From: Rhina ancylostomus
Taxonomy: Eukaryota
Length of the DNA: 64,000 bases
Reading direction: 5' to 3'
NCBI GenBank assembly: GCA_030265395.1
Contig: JARFYF010000112.1
Span: forward strand, 60,885,582 to 60,949,581
The number at the start of each line of letters is the position of its first letter. The stretch's first letter is position 1. The notes below the pieces were generated by a model. It saw only the letters and a list, made by a program, of their open reading frames with translations, was not told the origin of the DNA and made no database searches. This document shows positions 26,691-37,679 of this stretch, in pieces. Made by a program: the position numbers and the translations under genes.

Positions 26691-29600
26691 TCAAATGAAA
26701 CTAGTTAATTCATTCAACCAGGGAAAATCTTCAGTATCTCACAACAAATTGTCTGTCACTAGACTTGGAAAATAATAAGCCATGGCAGAAAACAACAGCT
26801 AGGCACGAGGGGGAAAAAGTTTTTGTGAAGCTGCATATGCACAGGTTGAACTCCATGGAAGACAAATGGAAATAGATGCTTCTCTCAGAAGGCATCATAT
26901 CATCTAAAAATATTCTGGCCAAATTAGCATAGTCAATAGTGGAAAGCAATATGTGATTGATTCCATCAGAAATGCTTTCCAACCATTCTGCCTGAATAGT
27001 AACATATTGTCACTGGAAGTAGATTATTGTTGCAAAATAATAGTTGATATAGGGATTGAAATGTGGTAAGCATATTGGTGCTAAATTTAACTTTGATTTG
27101 TAATGCTTAAGTTAGATCTGGTTTTCCCAATAACAGAGTAAAAGAGTGATGGTCCATCCCTACTCATTTAGTATAATGCATTCAGGTACATTATCCAAGC
27201 AATGATGACATTTTTACACCACTTTTATAGTCATACTGGGTAGCCCATCTCTGCAGATGCACTGGGATCCAACAGGGTGCAACTGAGTCCATAACACCTC
27301 TTATTTATAGAGCATAATGTAAATACTAAAGTTTAATAGCACAATCATGAATCCATTATTTAGAACATGGTGCTCCAGGCTCCTGGAATTTTGGCTGGCA
27401 TATATTATGAATGTGTTGAAGAGATCTTAACTTCTGTAATTAGTTGCTTTTATTTAGTAGATTAAGTGTTTAGAGTCATTCATTAGATTAGAAATTGGGC
27501 AAAAGCTCTCTTCCAGAGGCAAGACATATTTCACATTCAATATTTGCTTTGTACCAATCAGGTACACAATACATCCCCCCCACCTCCAGGCAAGACGAAA
27601 GGGTTGGGCTTTCTGCTCAATATCCAGAGATCTCGTGTTGTAAAACGCTTGCCTATTATCAAGGAGCATAGTATTGAGACTTATCGTCTTGCCTGGACAC
27701 ATGGAACAATACCCTCTTGTGCAAGATTGACCGTTAACACTGTACTTGTAGCGAAGTACTGAAGAGTATTGAATGGTTCTTCGGAGTGTGGGAAGCAACA
27801 GCTTGAATTGTTCCCGTGCACATGGAAGCAGCAAATTGTGAATCAGTTAACCCTTGGAAAAAAAAAATCAATTTTTGTGAATTGCTGGGATTCTTCCCAC
27901 ATATTGAAAAGTCAAAAACAAGCTTCTGTTAATGGCTCACTAAGTTTAAGCAGTGGCTCATTCCACAGGAGTTCCAAATTTAATCTTGTGCTGTGAGCTT
28001 ATTTTAGTTGGTTTGATCATTGGCTCTCAAGTCCTCCAAGTTATGTGGAACAGTATGATCCTGGGAAGGTGCTATCAAGAAATGTTTGATAGAAGGAGCA
28101 GGTGATGGGACAGGCCNNNNNNNNNNNNNNNNNNNNNNNNNNNNNNNNNNAAAACCAAAACAAAAATAAATGCAAGGTTCTGGATGAATGCACATCCACC
28201 TTATGACATTTTAGGGCAAATACACATGCAACTCCATGAAGGTAAATTTGAAATATTAATATGCCCATGCCTGGTGAGAGTATCTCTGTAGATGCCTGGT
28301 CTAGACAACTGCAGGCACACTGATGCGCCCAGTGTCTACTCTTCACTGCCAAAGGTCATACAAATCAACACCGGTCACCTAGGCAATGTTTCAGTTATAA
28401 ATTTTGCCCACAGAATTCTACTCCCAATTAAAGTAGTTTTTGTTTACCATCAGGACAGGATCAATAATTGACATGGAAAAGTGTAGAATACAAGTTGATT
28501 TAAAGAACTAAAACAATAAACTCCCACAACAAACCTTGGACTCGAAACACTAAAAATTCTGCTCATGTGTTAGTGTAATGCAAAGAAAGTTTAATGAAGA
28601 AATGAGTTTTGCACATTAAACATGTATACAAAATGAAATACACAGGCCATACCAAAAATACAGATTGTGTATAAATACCGAAATAAATTTTAATTTTAAA
28701 TGAAAAATGGTACGTCTACCACTGAAATTGAGATGGAGCTGCTTTACGCCGCATTGCACTTTTCTTAAGTGAATTTAACTATTGCTTTTAATAAGTACAC
28801 CTGCAAGTTGCTTACTCAATTGAAAAATTAATGTACACAAGTGTGCAAAATGTTGCACGTTTTACAAACTTCTGCATGTATGCAGTCAAACCTTATCATT
28901 ACAAACTCATATTGCAGCCAAGTGCTCATTTGGCTATGTCTCATTGTGCATCAACTTTAAGTGGATCTTGAACTATAACTATGGTTAAAACAAAATAAAA
29001 GATAAATCTATATATTTTTTGTGCTCTTCACTGGTTAAGGCTGAATCATGTTGGGATAAGAGTTCCACACACAATTGTTGCCCTCAAGCACCNNNNNNNN
29101 NNNNNNNNNNNNNNNNNNNNNNNNNNNNNNNNNNNNNNNNNNNNNNNNNNNNNNNNNNNNNNNNNNNNNNNNNNNNNNNNNNNNNNNNNNNNNNNNNNNN
29201 NNNNNNNNNNNNNNNNNNNNNNNNNNNNNNNNNNNNNNNNNNNNNNNNNNNNNNNNNNNNNNNNNNNNNNNNNNNNNNNNNNNNNNNNNNNNNNNNNNNN
29301 NNNNNNNNNNNNNNNNNNNNNNNNNNNNNNNNNNNNNNNNNNNNNNNNNNNNNNNNNNNNNNNNNNNNNNNNNNNNNNNNNNNNNNNNNNNNNNNNNNNN
29401 NNNNNNNNNNNNNNNNNNNNNNNNNNNNNNNNNNNNNNNNNNNNNNNNNNNNNNNNNNNNNNNNNNNNNNNNNNNNNNNNNNNNNNNNNNNNNNNNNNNN
29501 NNNNNNNNNNNNNNNNNNNNNNNNNNNNNNNNNNNNNNNNNNNNNNNNNNNNNNNNNNNNNNNNNNNGTGTTACAAGTTGAAGCAAATGGAAGTCACTCA

Positions 29601-32075
29601 TTCTGATCCACTAATACTACCCAAACACTGATACTTCAAATGAGAAACAGATTGTACTTATTCTATAATCTTATTATAAAACCATAACATTTCTGTGAAC
29701 AAAAATCAAATGACCTGAGCAACATCTGCCAGCTCTAAAAAGAACATTTCTTGTGGAACCTATACACCTTTCAGCTCCATTTGATTTATTGCATGCTTTG
29801 TGCTTATTTGATTTACAGTTACAGATAAAGCATCTGTACTACCATAGATCTATGTGGAATACCACAGAAAGAAGTAATACATAGAGCCTGGAAATGACAT
29901 CCTGGACTTAACCATGGATATTATTAAGAATTGTAAAACAAGCCTGTTCTGTTGCTCTCACTTATCCTTCAATCTGTTGTAACGAATCAAAAGAAAAACA
30001 GTTTACTTGAGATGTAATGAAAGTTTAATATTAACCTCTAAAAATATTGTAACAGTAACACACAAATAAAGAAATGAACAGAACACCTTGGTTCTTCAAA
30101 CTGGTTAACGGCAACAATTGTATCTTATCAAATTGGCCAACAAACATCCACAATGACACAACTATTATTACCTAGGATGAGAAGGGCCACAGGTCTAATG
30201 TTTTTAAAATCAATCTCTTTTATTCTTAATTGCAGGATAGTCTATTTGTCATGTTAACTAAGGGTACACTTCAGCAACTGTGTTGGGGAACTTAAATATG
30301 TGGTTTGAANNNNNNNNNNNNNNNNNNNNNNNNNNNNNNNNNNNNNNNNNNNNNNNNNNNNNNNNNNNNNNNNNNNNNNNNNNNNNNNNNNNNNNNNNNN
30401 NNNNNNNNNTTGAAATAAAAATTTTACTTTCACAAAATATTTATAGTACGCTTTATTTTAAAGTGCACACATGTCTATACCTTGAGTTCTCTGTTACAAA
30501 TAGCAAGAAAGGGCCTCCATCTATAGAAAACCTGCATAAAATATCTGAGAAGCAACGTTCTCTCTTCAGCACCACCACAATAACCCCTGCCACCAAGTAA
30601 CTTACAAACACAACATTTCCTAAGTGAGAGAAGTTTAAACTACATTGCAAAAACAATCTGAGAAATGATTTTGGTATATAAATGTCAGTTTAGATAACCA
30701 TGTGCAGTTTCAGCAAGCATGCTCCAAACAGACACACAGACGAGGAGAGGCTGACTGGTGTACCAATTTAATCTCAAGTTCCCTGTGAAATCAGGTTATA
30801 GCCTTGTTTACTGTGCAGCCAATCCTTAGAAAACCAGAATCTAATCTTTCAAGCTGGTAGAACTACTGACTCCTAGTGGCTTAATAAATTGGTCCAGCCT
30901 CTTTTTGGGTTGCAAACCTAAAAATTTTGGAAAGAATTCAGAGTTGAGAGATGGAAGGCAAAAATGTATAGTTTAAAAATTCACATAGATGCAAAAGCCA
31001 CAGACCTACTGTAACTTCAAGTGTTTATTAGTGTCAGGAAGCAAACATATTGATGTATGAATAGGCTCCAAATCAGTATATAATTCCTGGAGCTGAATTC
31101 TGTAAACCAGGGCCAAAGTTGCTGAGAGAACTAACCCATCTTAGCAGCCCTTTACTGTAAATCTAGCAGCAAGGGTTTTTGTGATTGTATATACTCATAA
31201 TGTTGGCCTGAGTGACAGACAAAAAAGGCTACTCACAGGGAAATGTTTGAGAAATAGTACATGCAATTGTCCTCCAAGCAGTTGAATAATTAATTGAGTC
31301 ATATATAGCTGGTAGCTTTTTGGCTCCAGCAATGATTCCCTGTGCCTCCTGTTGTTAAACTGGTCTCAGAGGAATTTAGGATAGTAAAGAATAATGGAAA
31401 TTTGGAGAGCCACATTAAACAACAGAAAACACAATGTTCAATAGTACACATCGTTCTGCTACTGTTTCATCTGAAAGATTTGCATATTATTTTGAGTAAT
31501 TTTGTCACCATGAAAAGGTTTGAGAGTACATCCTCCCCCAACACATCTGTCAATCAGTAAGCTTTGAAAGCACCCGTGCCACCTTTGCTTTTTCCCACCC
31601 TAGTACTTTGACACTAAGTGCACATACATTTTCAATCTTACCTGTCACTCCCCAATTTGTATTTGCCCTTAGTCTTCCTTTCCTCAAATTGTGCGCATTA
31701 TCGAAAAGCACAGGATAAAAATGAAAAATGTATTTTCCAGTTAAGATCCAGAGGCCTGGCTCCATAAACTGTATCAATTTCTTAAGACATCGAAGATGCA
31801 CAATATGCCTGCTGCTCAAGTGATCTGATGTGCATGTTCACTTTAAAATGGACAATTTAAACAGCCAGGCTCTGGCATGCAAGCAAGGTGACAGAGAAGT
31901 GATATTAGAAATATCGAAACTCAAATAATCATGCTTTTGCATTTTGACATTCCAAGGTTTAAGCAGTTGAGATTTTCCATTTATTCTACTACACAGAATT
32001 GAGAAGCTGCTCTTTTGCCCTCCTCTCTGCAGATCTCCGAATTAGAAATTACAGAACATTCCTTACAGAAGCATA

Positions 32076-32581
32076 TTTATTTAACAGAAAAGGCAATGGT
32101 CAAGTCACAGCAGTTTTATTACAATTTTTTTAATATATTACTGTCTTTGTTCTTCGGTATAATGGGATACTGTTTTGCTGTGTAATGTGTGGTCTGTTCC
32201 TCCCTTCCTCACTGCTGGTGCCAACGTCTCTGAACAGAAACCAAAAGATCGATTTTGTACAGCCTCACATTGCACCTGCACTACGCATCTCAGGATTCCT
32301 GTGCTTGCTACTCCACAGCACTCGCAGTGCCCTTCTCTTCAATACTGCTGCAGCTTTCTGTACACCCAAGGAAGTACTACAGTGCCACCTAGAGACCATA
32401 TTGTTGAAACACAACTTAGCATCACCACCAGCTAAATGCCACTTCATTCTAATTTCTCTCTCCAACATTGATGAATCACAAGCTGTTTACATTTCAATGC
32501 CTCAGCCATGCATGACCATTCAGGCTTTTAATCTTCAAGACAAGATCTCTCTGTGAGGGCCAGTTAGAATCTCTGCATTAC
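32076..32581 (-). other. Read-through terminus (VMQRF*) and putative 3' UTR of a short PCDH11 isoform, with AATAAA signals
   Basis: If the donor is not used the frame ends VMQRF-TAA (stop at 32566-32564). Minus-strand AATAAA occurs at 32120-32115 and 32081-32076. Short read-through isoforms are known for delta-1 protocadherins. Confidence 0.55.
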
Positions 32582-32584
32582 CTG
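32576..32584 (-). other. Phase-0 splice donor ending the large exon (CAG|GTAATG after HTRQ)
   Basis: Minus strand reads ACC AGA CAG|GTAATG. This corresponds to the exon end after HTRQ/HTRP in PCDH9/PCDH11 as I recall it. Confidence 0.85.
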
Positions 32585-35581
32585 TCTGGTGTGGATTGGC
32601 CCTGCAGTCTTGAAGCCACCCTGACAACTGCACTCTGAAACGCTGTAGGGGTCAGAACTGCTCGAAGAACACTTGGAAAGGGAGTCGCAGCCCACCACAA
32701 ACGTGTTATCCAGCGGTAACTCTTGGATGACGTGGTGTTTCTTCACTGGCACTGGAGTCTCAGGCTTGATTTGAAAGGAGGGCTGAGGAGAGGCTGACTT
32801 ATAGTGTTTTCCAAGATCTGGGCTATCGGGTTTGAAAGTGGTCGGTGTTGTGCCCCAGTTATACTTCCCCATAGTCTGATCCTCCAATTCCACCGGAAGA
32901 TCCAAGGTACCATTGATGTGCTCATGGGCAGGGTCATCTGGTTTGGACTCCTCAATTGTAACAAAATTCAGTAGGAGGTTCTTTGGAGACCTCTTCTTCT
33001 TCCGTTTCTTTTTCTTAATCTGTCTGTTTTCCTGATTGGGGGAAACCCACTCCCCACTCTGTTTTCCCTTCTGCACAGCCTTATGTCTTGGCGTGTGCCG
33101 GCATCGTACCAAAGCAGTGACAAAAATGACAAGAATCACAGTCATAGTCCCAGCTATGATGGCGATAACAATCTTAATGTAATCATTGGTCTGAGGGGTC
33201 ATCTGACTATCCCCAACATTCTTATCCAAAGGGGTCTCCATGCTCTTCCGCACCAGGTCTTGCACATATGTGAAATTATTGATGGTTTCATTCACAAACA
33301 AATGCACAAGTGCCATGGCATGCAAGGATTCTGGTTGTCCCAAATCAATGACCTTCACTACCAGCCTGTATAAGCCATGGTCTGCTGTTGTCACTTTTTC
33401 TTGCAGGGTAATATTGCCAGTCATTGGATCGATGGCAAAGAGCCCTCTGGAATTTCCACTGACTATACTGTAGCGAAGTTCTGCATTCATCCCTGTATCA
33501 TTGTCAATAGCAAAAACTTTTCCCACCACAGAGCCGGGGTTAGCAGAAGTAGATACCAGTTCATACGAAAAGTTAGAGGGAGGATATACAAACACAGGGC
33601 TGTTATCATTTACATCAACAACATTTATGGTCACTCTGGCCACCGAAGTTCGTTGAGGCCTACCTCCATCGACAGCTTTGACTTGAAACGTGTAAGAACT
33701 CTGCTGCTCCCTGTCAAATGTAATATTGGGTTTGATAACCCCACTGGTGGGGTCAATTATAAAGTAGCCTTTATCATTCAGTATAGAAAGACTAACAGCT
33801 GCATTACCTCCTGCATCTGCATCTGTAACTGTGATAAGTCCAACTGTTCCATACATGGGCAGGTTTTCAGGCACATAGAAATTGTATTCACTGTGCGTGA
33901 AGGAAGGACTGTTGTCATTCTGATCCAACACAGTCACAATCACAGTAGCATTGCTCTGAATAGAGGGCCTGCCTCCGTCCCTGGCCAGCACCGTAAAGAC
34001 ATAACGGTCTTGCTTCTCTCTGTCTAATCTCCTCATAGCTGACAGGATGCCAGTTCTCCGATCCACACTGAAGATGGATGGGGCATTGGGACCCAGGAGG
34101 TAAGTGATCTCTGCATTCTTCCCACTGTCCGCATCAGTGGCACTGATTTTTGTTAACTGTGTACCAGGGGTGTTATTTTCAGGGATTGACAGCCCAATTA
34201 CAGGCTGATTAAAAACAGGAGCGTTATCATTCTCATCCTTCAGTTTAATCACCACAGTGGCTGATTGATTTAACGGTGGTTTGCCTGCATCAGATGCTAC
34301 TATNNNNNNNNNNNNNNNNNNNNNNNNNNNNNNNNNNNNNNNNNNNNNNNNNNNNNNNNNNNNNNNNNNNNNNNNNNNNNNNNNNNNNNNNNNNNNNNNA
34401 TCGTGGTCAGTGAAGCAGGTGACTTTCCCATTTAAATCTGAGTCCTGGTCTGTGACCGTGATCAGCGCAATTTTCGTATTGAGCGGTGCATTTTCCGACA
34501 GCAAGACTGTACCATTGATGGGGTTAATAATGTACCTGGTGTCAATGGTTGGCACGTTATCGTTAACGTCTGTGATGTTAATGGTGACCACTGCTCTGGA
34601 TGGGGTTGAGCTGCCATCGCTGGCCAGGACTGTTAGCTTGTGAACCGGGAACTCTTCCCGGTCCAGAGGCTGCCTCACCGTGATCAGGCCGCTGGTGCTG
34701 TCGATGGTGAAAAGCCTCCTGGCCAAAGCAGACACCTGGTTACTGAAGAAGAAGCGGACAATGGCATTGGGGCCAAGGTCAGCGTCGGTGGCGTGGAGCT
34801 GGATCACAGAGGTGCCCACAGGGGCGTTCTCCGGAATGTGGACATCAATTTCACTCTCCTTAAACACAGGGCGATTGTCATTGACATCAGTCACTGTGAT
34901 CTGGAGGATGGCAGTGCTCGACCTTGGTGGAACCCCACCGTCCTCCACTTTGATCTTCATCACGTAGGTGTCTTTTTGCTCCCTGTCTAGGTTCTGCTGC
35001 ACGATCAGCTGGGGCCACTTGTCGCCCTCGGGGGTCTCGATGATGTCCAGCCCGAAGACATTCTGCCCCTTCAGCAGCTCGTAGTGCTGAATACCGTTGA
35101 CTCCCACGTCGGGGTCCACGGCGGAGGGGATGGAGTAACGCGAATTGACCACGGTGTTCTCTGGTATGGAGATGTTGATCACAGTGGAAGGGAAGAGGGG
35201 AGCGTTGTCGTTGATGTCCTCGATCAGGAACCTCATCTTGACCAGCTTGAAGACCTCGTTGGGCAGCACGGCCACCTCGACCTCGTAGAAGCAGCGGGTC
35301 TCGCTGTAGATGTTGGCGCAGAGTTTCTCACGGTCGATGCGGTGCGAGGTGGTGAAGAGCTCGCCGGTGCTGTCCTCCACCCGGATCAGCGGCGTGTCTC
35401 CCGTCTTGTACACCAGCTTGAAGATGAGCGGCAGGTTGGCGTCGCTGAGATTCAGGTCCCGCACCAAGTTGCCGATCAGCACGTTCTCGGGCAGCTCCTC
35501 CCGCACCGTGTAGTCCTTCTCCTGCCCCAGCCCCGGGGCTACGATCGCGACCAGCACCGCCGCCACCAGGTACAACTCCAT
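32582..35581 (-). CDS. pcdh11: Protocadherin-11 (delta-1 non-clustered protocadherin), large first coding exon: signal peptide, EC1-EC7, transmembrane helix, proximal cytoplasmic domain
   Basis: 1023-aa ORF (32564-35635, opens on TTG). Likely start is ATG 35581 (GGC ATG G, strong Kozak) before the signal peptide [19 protein letters not shown]; an in-frame ATG also lies at 35611. Six DxNDN linkers (DINDN, DVNDN, DVNDN, DENDN, DQNDN, DVNDN) plus a final repeat give 7 EC domains, with LDRE/FDRE motifs. TM is [25 protein letters not shown], followed by basic [70 protein letters not shown] and [14 protein letters not shown] match my recall of PCDH11X rather than PCDH9. An in-frame 96-N gap lies at 34304-34399. 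Confidence 0.9.
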
Positions 35582-35638
35582 GCCCAGCTCCTGCACCGAA
35601 AATAATCGCATCTCCCCCTCCCCAAAGGCCGTCAACTT

Positions 35639-35720
35639 CTGGAACAGTTGGTTAAGGGGGTTTAAAAAAAAAGGGGGATTTTTTAAGGGGGGAATTGAGG
35701 GCAGAGAAAGGGAAAAAAAC
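35639..35720 (-). other. Candidate splice acceptor upstream of the start codon (pyrimidine-rich tract ... TGTTCCAG|AAGTTG); exon would begin at 35638
   Basis: The minus strand is strongly C/T-rich over ~35720-35641 and ends in CCAG. This leaves 57 nt of 5' UTR before ATG 35581. Confidence 0.55.
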
Positions 35721-36286
35721 TAATTAAAAGCTGTTTGTAATTATACATGACAAGTTCAACACTGCAGCCTGAAATCTACAATAATTACTAACGCCACGCA
35801 CTGCAATCAGAAGCAACAAATTGATAAGCCGTTCGCAGCCCTGCAATTTACACAGTAAAATAAAAAAAACATAAGGGCATTTCTAATAGTTTAAACGGCG
35901 ATTTAAGATGTGCCCAGAGGAAAAAAAAGCTGCAAATTCAATGCACATCTATTTCTACTGACTGCACGGTAATTCACGGGCAAATAACGTCCCGCTTACT
36001 TTTAATAAGGAAAAAACCCACAAGCAAACATAGCACCATTGTCACTCATGTGGCTCCTTGAGGTGATTCCCTCTTTCATTGTTCGAGGGGCTTCTCCACC
36101 CAACCCTGCCCCTCCATGTGCGGTGGCAGAAGGACCCCAGTGCCTTTGCATTGGCTGCACCNNNNNNNNNNNNNNNNNNNNNNNNNNNNNNNNNNNNNNN
36201 NNNNNNNNNNNNNNNNNNNNNNNNNNNNNNNNNNNNNNNNNNNNNNNNNNNNNNNNNNNNNTTTTCTTCCCCCCCCCCCCTTTCAC

Positions 36287-36560
36287 CTTTGATTTCTTAG
36301 CAAACGTTCTGCTTTCAGAGGCAGTCGGCGGTGCGTATGGTGCTGTGTCTTGCAGAGTGCTGAAACATGCTCCAGATGAAGTTGGCAGCAGGTCGCTTGC
36401 TCCTCCAGCGCTCCCTCTCCTGAGTTGGAGCTACACGAACTCAGCTCCTGCGTTGCAGCCTGCCTCGTCTCCTGTTCTCTGCTCCGCCGCAACTTGATAG
36501 CACCGCACCGGGCTGAGCGACGCCTCGGCCGTCCACTCCTGAGCTTCCTTCCCCGCCGCA
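36287..36560 (-). other. Candidate non-coding first exon of pcdh11
   Basis: GC/CpG-rich sequence just downstream (minus sense) of the promoter motifs, ending in a possible donor AAAG|GTGAAA at 36287/36286. A second donor AAA|GTAAGC lies at 36000/35999. The TSS is not determinable from sequence. Confidence 0.35.
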
Positions 36561-36700
36561 TCCCCACCCCGAAGCCGCCCACTAACCGTTGCACCATCCA
36601 ATCGCCGACACCGCTGGGCGGGACTCTGCCATCCACAAGCCAATGGCGCCCACCGGCTTCCTGACGTCAACAGAAGGCGGGGCTTGTCTTCAGGAGCAAG
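36320..36700 (-). promoter_or_regulatory. CpG-island promoter of pcdh11 with 2 CCAAT boxes, 2 GC boxes and a full CRE
   Basis: Dense CpG in an otherwise CpG-depleted window. CCAAT at 36598-36602 and 36640-36644, GGGCGGGA at 36616-36623, GGCGGGGC at 36676-36683, palindromic TGACGTCA at 36662-36669. Confidence 0.75.
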
Positions 36701-36994
36701 CCCAAGAAAGATTGCTTCAAAGGAGCACGCTGAAGATATTTAAGCCGAGACAATTAGTCGTTAATATAAGAGAATTTAAGTGCAAATATCCTTGCTGCGT
36801 TATCATTCTTGATGCAGAGAAGATTCTAATTCAAATCACCTCTCCCTGCGCCTCCCCTTCCCTACCTATTCAAGCACCTTTTACTTCTGCAGTGTCCTCA
36901 TACTCCTGTTCACTGACCGAGATGATCTGTAACATCCAACTGCTCATCATTCCTTTCTGAGGTTTTCTGTACATTTCTTTCCTTTCCGATTATA

Positions 36995-37125
36995 TCAGTA
37001 GGTTGATGAGGAATTGTGAGCATGAAACGTCAACGTTGTTTCTCTCTCCACAGATGCTGCCCGATTTGCTCAGTATTCTCAGTATTTTCTGCTTCTGTTT
37101 CAGATTTCCAGCAGATTCTTGCTTC
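36995..37125 (+). mobile_element. Penelope-derived element with decayed hammerhead core, adjacent to the pcdh11 promoter
   Basis: TTGATGA...GAAACGTCaacgttgtttctctctccacagatgctgcccga...cagatttccagca. Confidence 0.7.
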
Positions 37126-37334
37126 TCATATTAAGATGTAAATCTTTGATAGTCGTAGGGAAAGGAATATGCTCAAAACATTAAAAGTCAAATGTGTCAG
37201 GCACAAACTACATTTGTTTTGGTTTTTCAGCATCTGTTTTATTTGCATTAATTTTAAAATGCTTGATTTTTTTTTCTACTGTAACCAAAGGAAAAGCGAG
37301 GACTGCTTCTTGTGGAACAGAGGGGACTGAGGGA

Positions 37335-37670
37335 AGACAATGCATACAAAATTATGAGGCGCCTGGTAGTGGTAACTGGAAAAACCATATCCCCTTAGTA
37401 GAGGGATTAATAACCAAGGGCATAGATTTAAAGTAATTGCAAGAAGGATTTGAAGTGAGATAACAAAAATGTTTGTACAAATAGAGATCTTGAAATCATT
37501 GAAAGTGCGGGAAACTCTCACCACATTTCAACAGTATGAGCATGTTTATTGACGTGTGATGGGTCTACTGAGGTCATGGACCTGGTGTTGGAGGGTGGGA
37601 TTAGGCTGAGTAGCTGTTTTAAAGCCAGCACAGATATGATGGGCCAAATAGTCTCCTTCTGTGTCATAAC
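37335..37670 (+). mobile_element. CR1 3'-end fragment
   Basis: YKIMR-like tacaaaattatgagg, aaccaagggcatagatttaaagtaattg, and a 3' stem gatgggccaaatagtctccttctgtgtc. Confidence 0.75.
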
Positions 37671-37679
37671 TTTTTTGAG

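Noticed and set aside
29019-29606. Long ORFs spanning N-runs (also 40474-41017, 57492-57739)
   Set aside because: Artefacts of untranslatable Ns.
31635-31700. Strong minus-strand donor ACAG|GTAAGA near 31640
   Set aside because: No convincing acceptor or protocadherin-like peptide upstream; such motifs are common by chance.
1-32000. Downstream PCDH11 exons (RRVTF/CM1/CM2)
   Set aside because: No such motifs in the ORF track or by eye. They probably lie outside the window, although small exons could have been missed.
33083-35605. Long + strand ORFs (216, 173, 120, 116 aa) overlapping the protocadherin
   Set aside because: Antisense shadows of the biased codon usage in the real CDS, with no recognisable domains.
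35582-35635. ORF-track start at TTG 35635 (MTAFGEGE...)
   Set aside because: Non-ATG start from a prokaryote-style caller. The signal peptide and Kozak context favour ATG 35581, or 35611.
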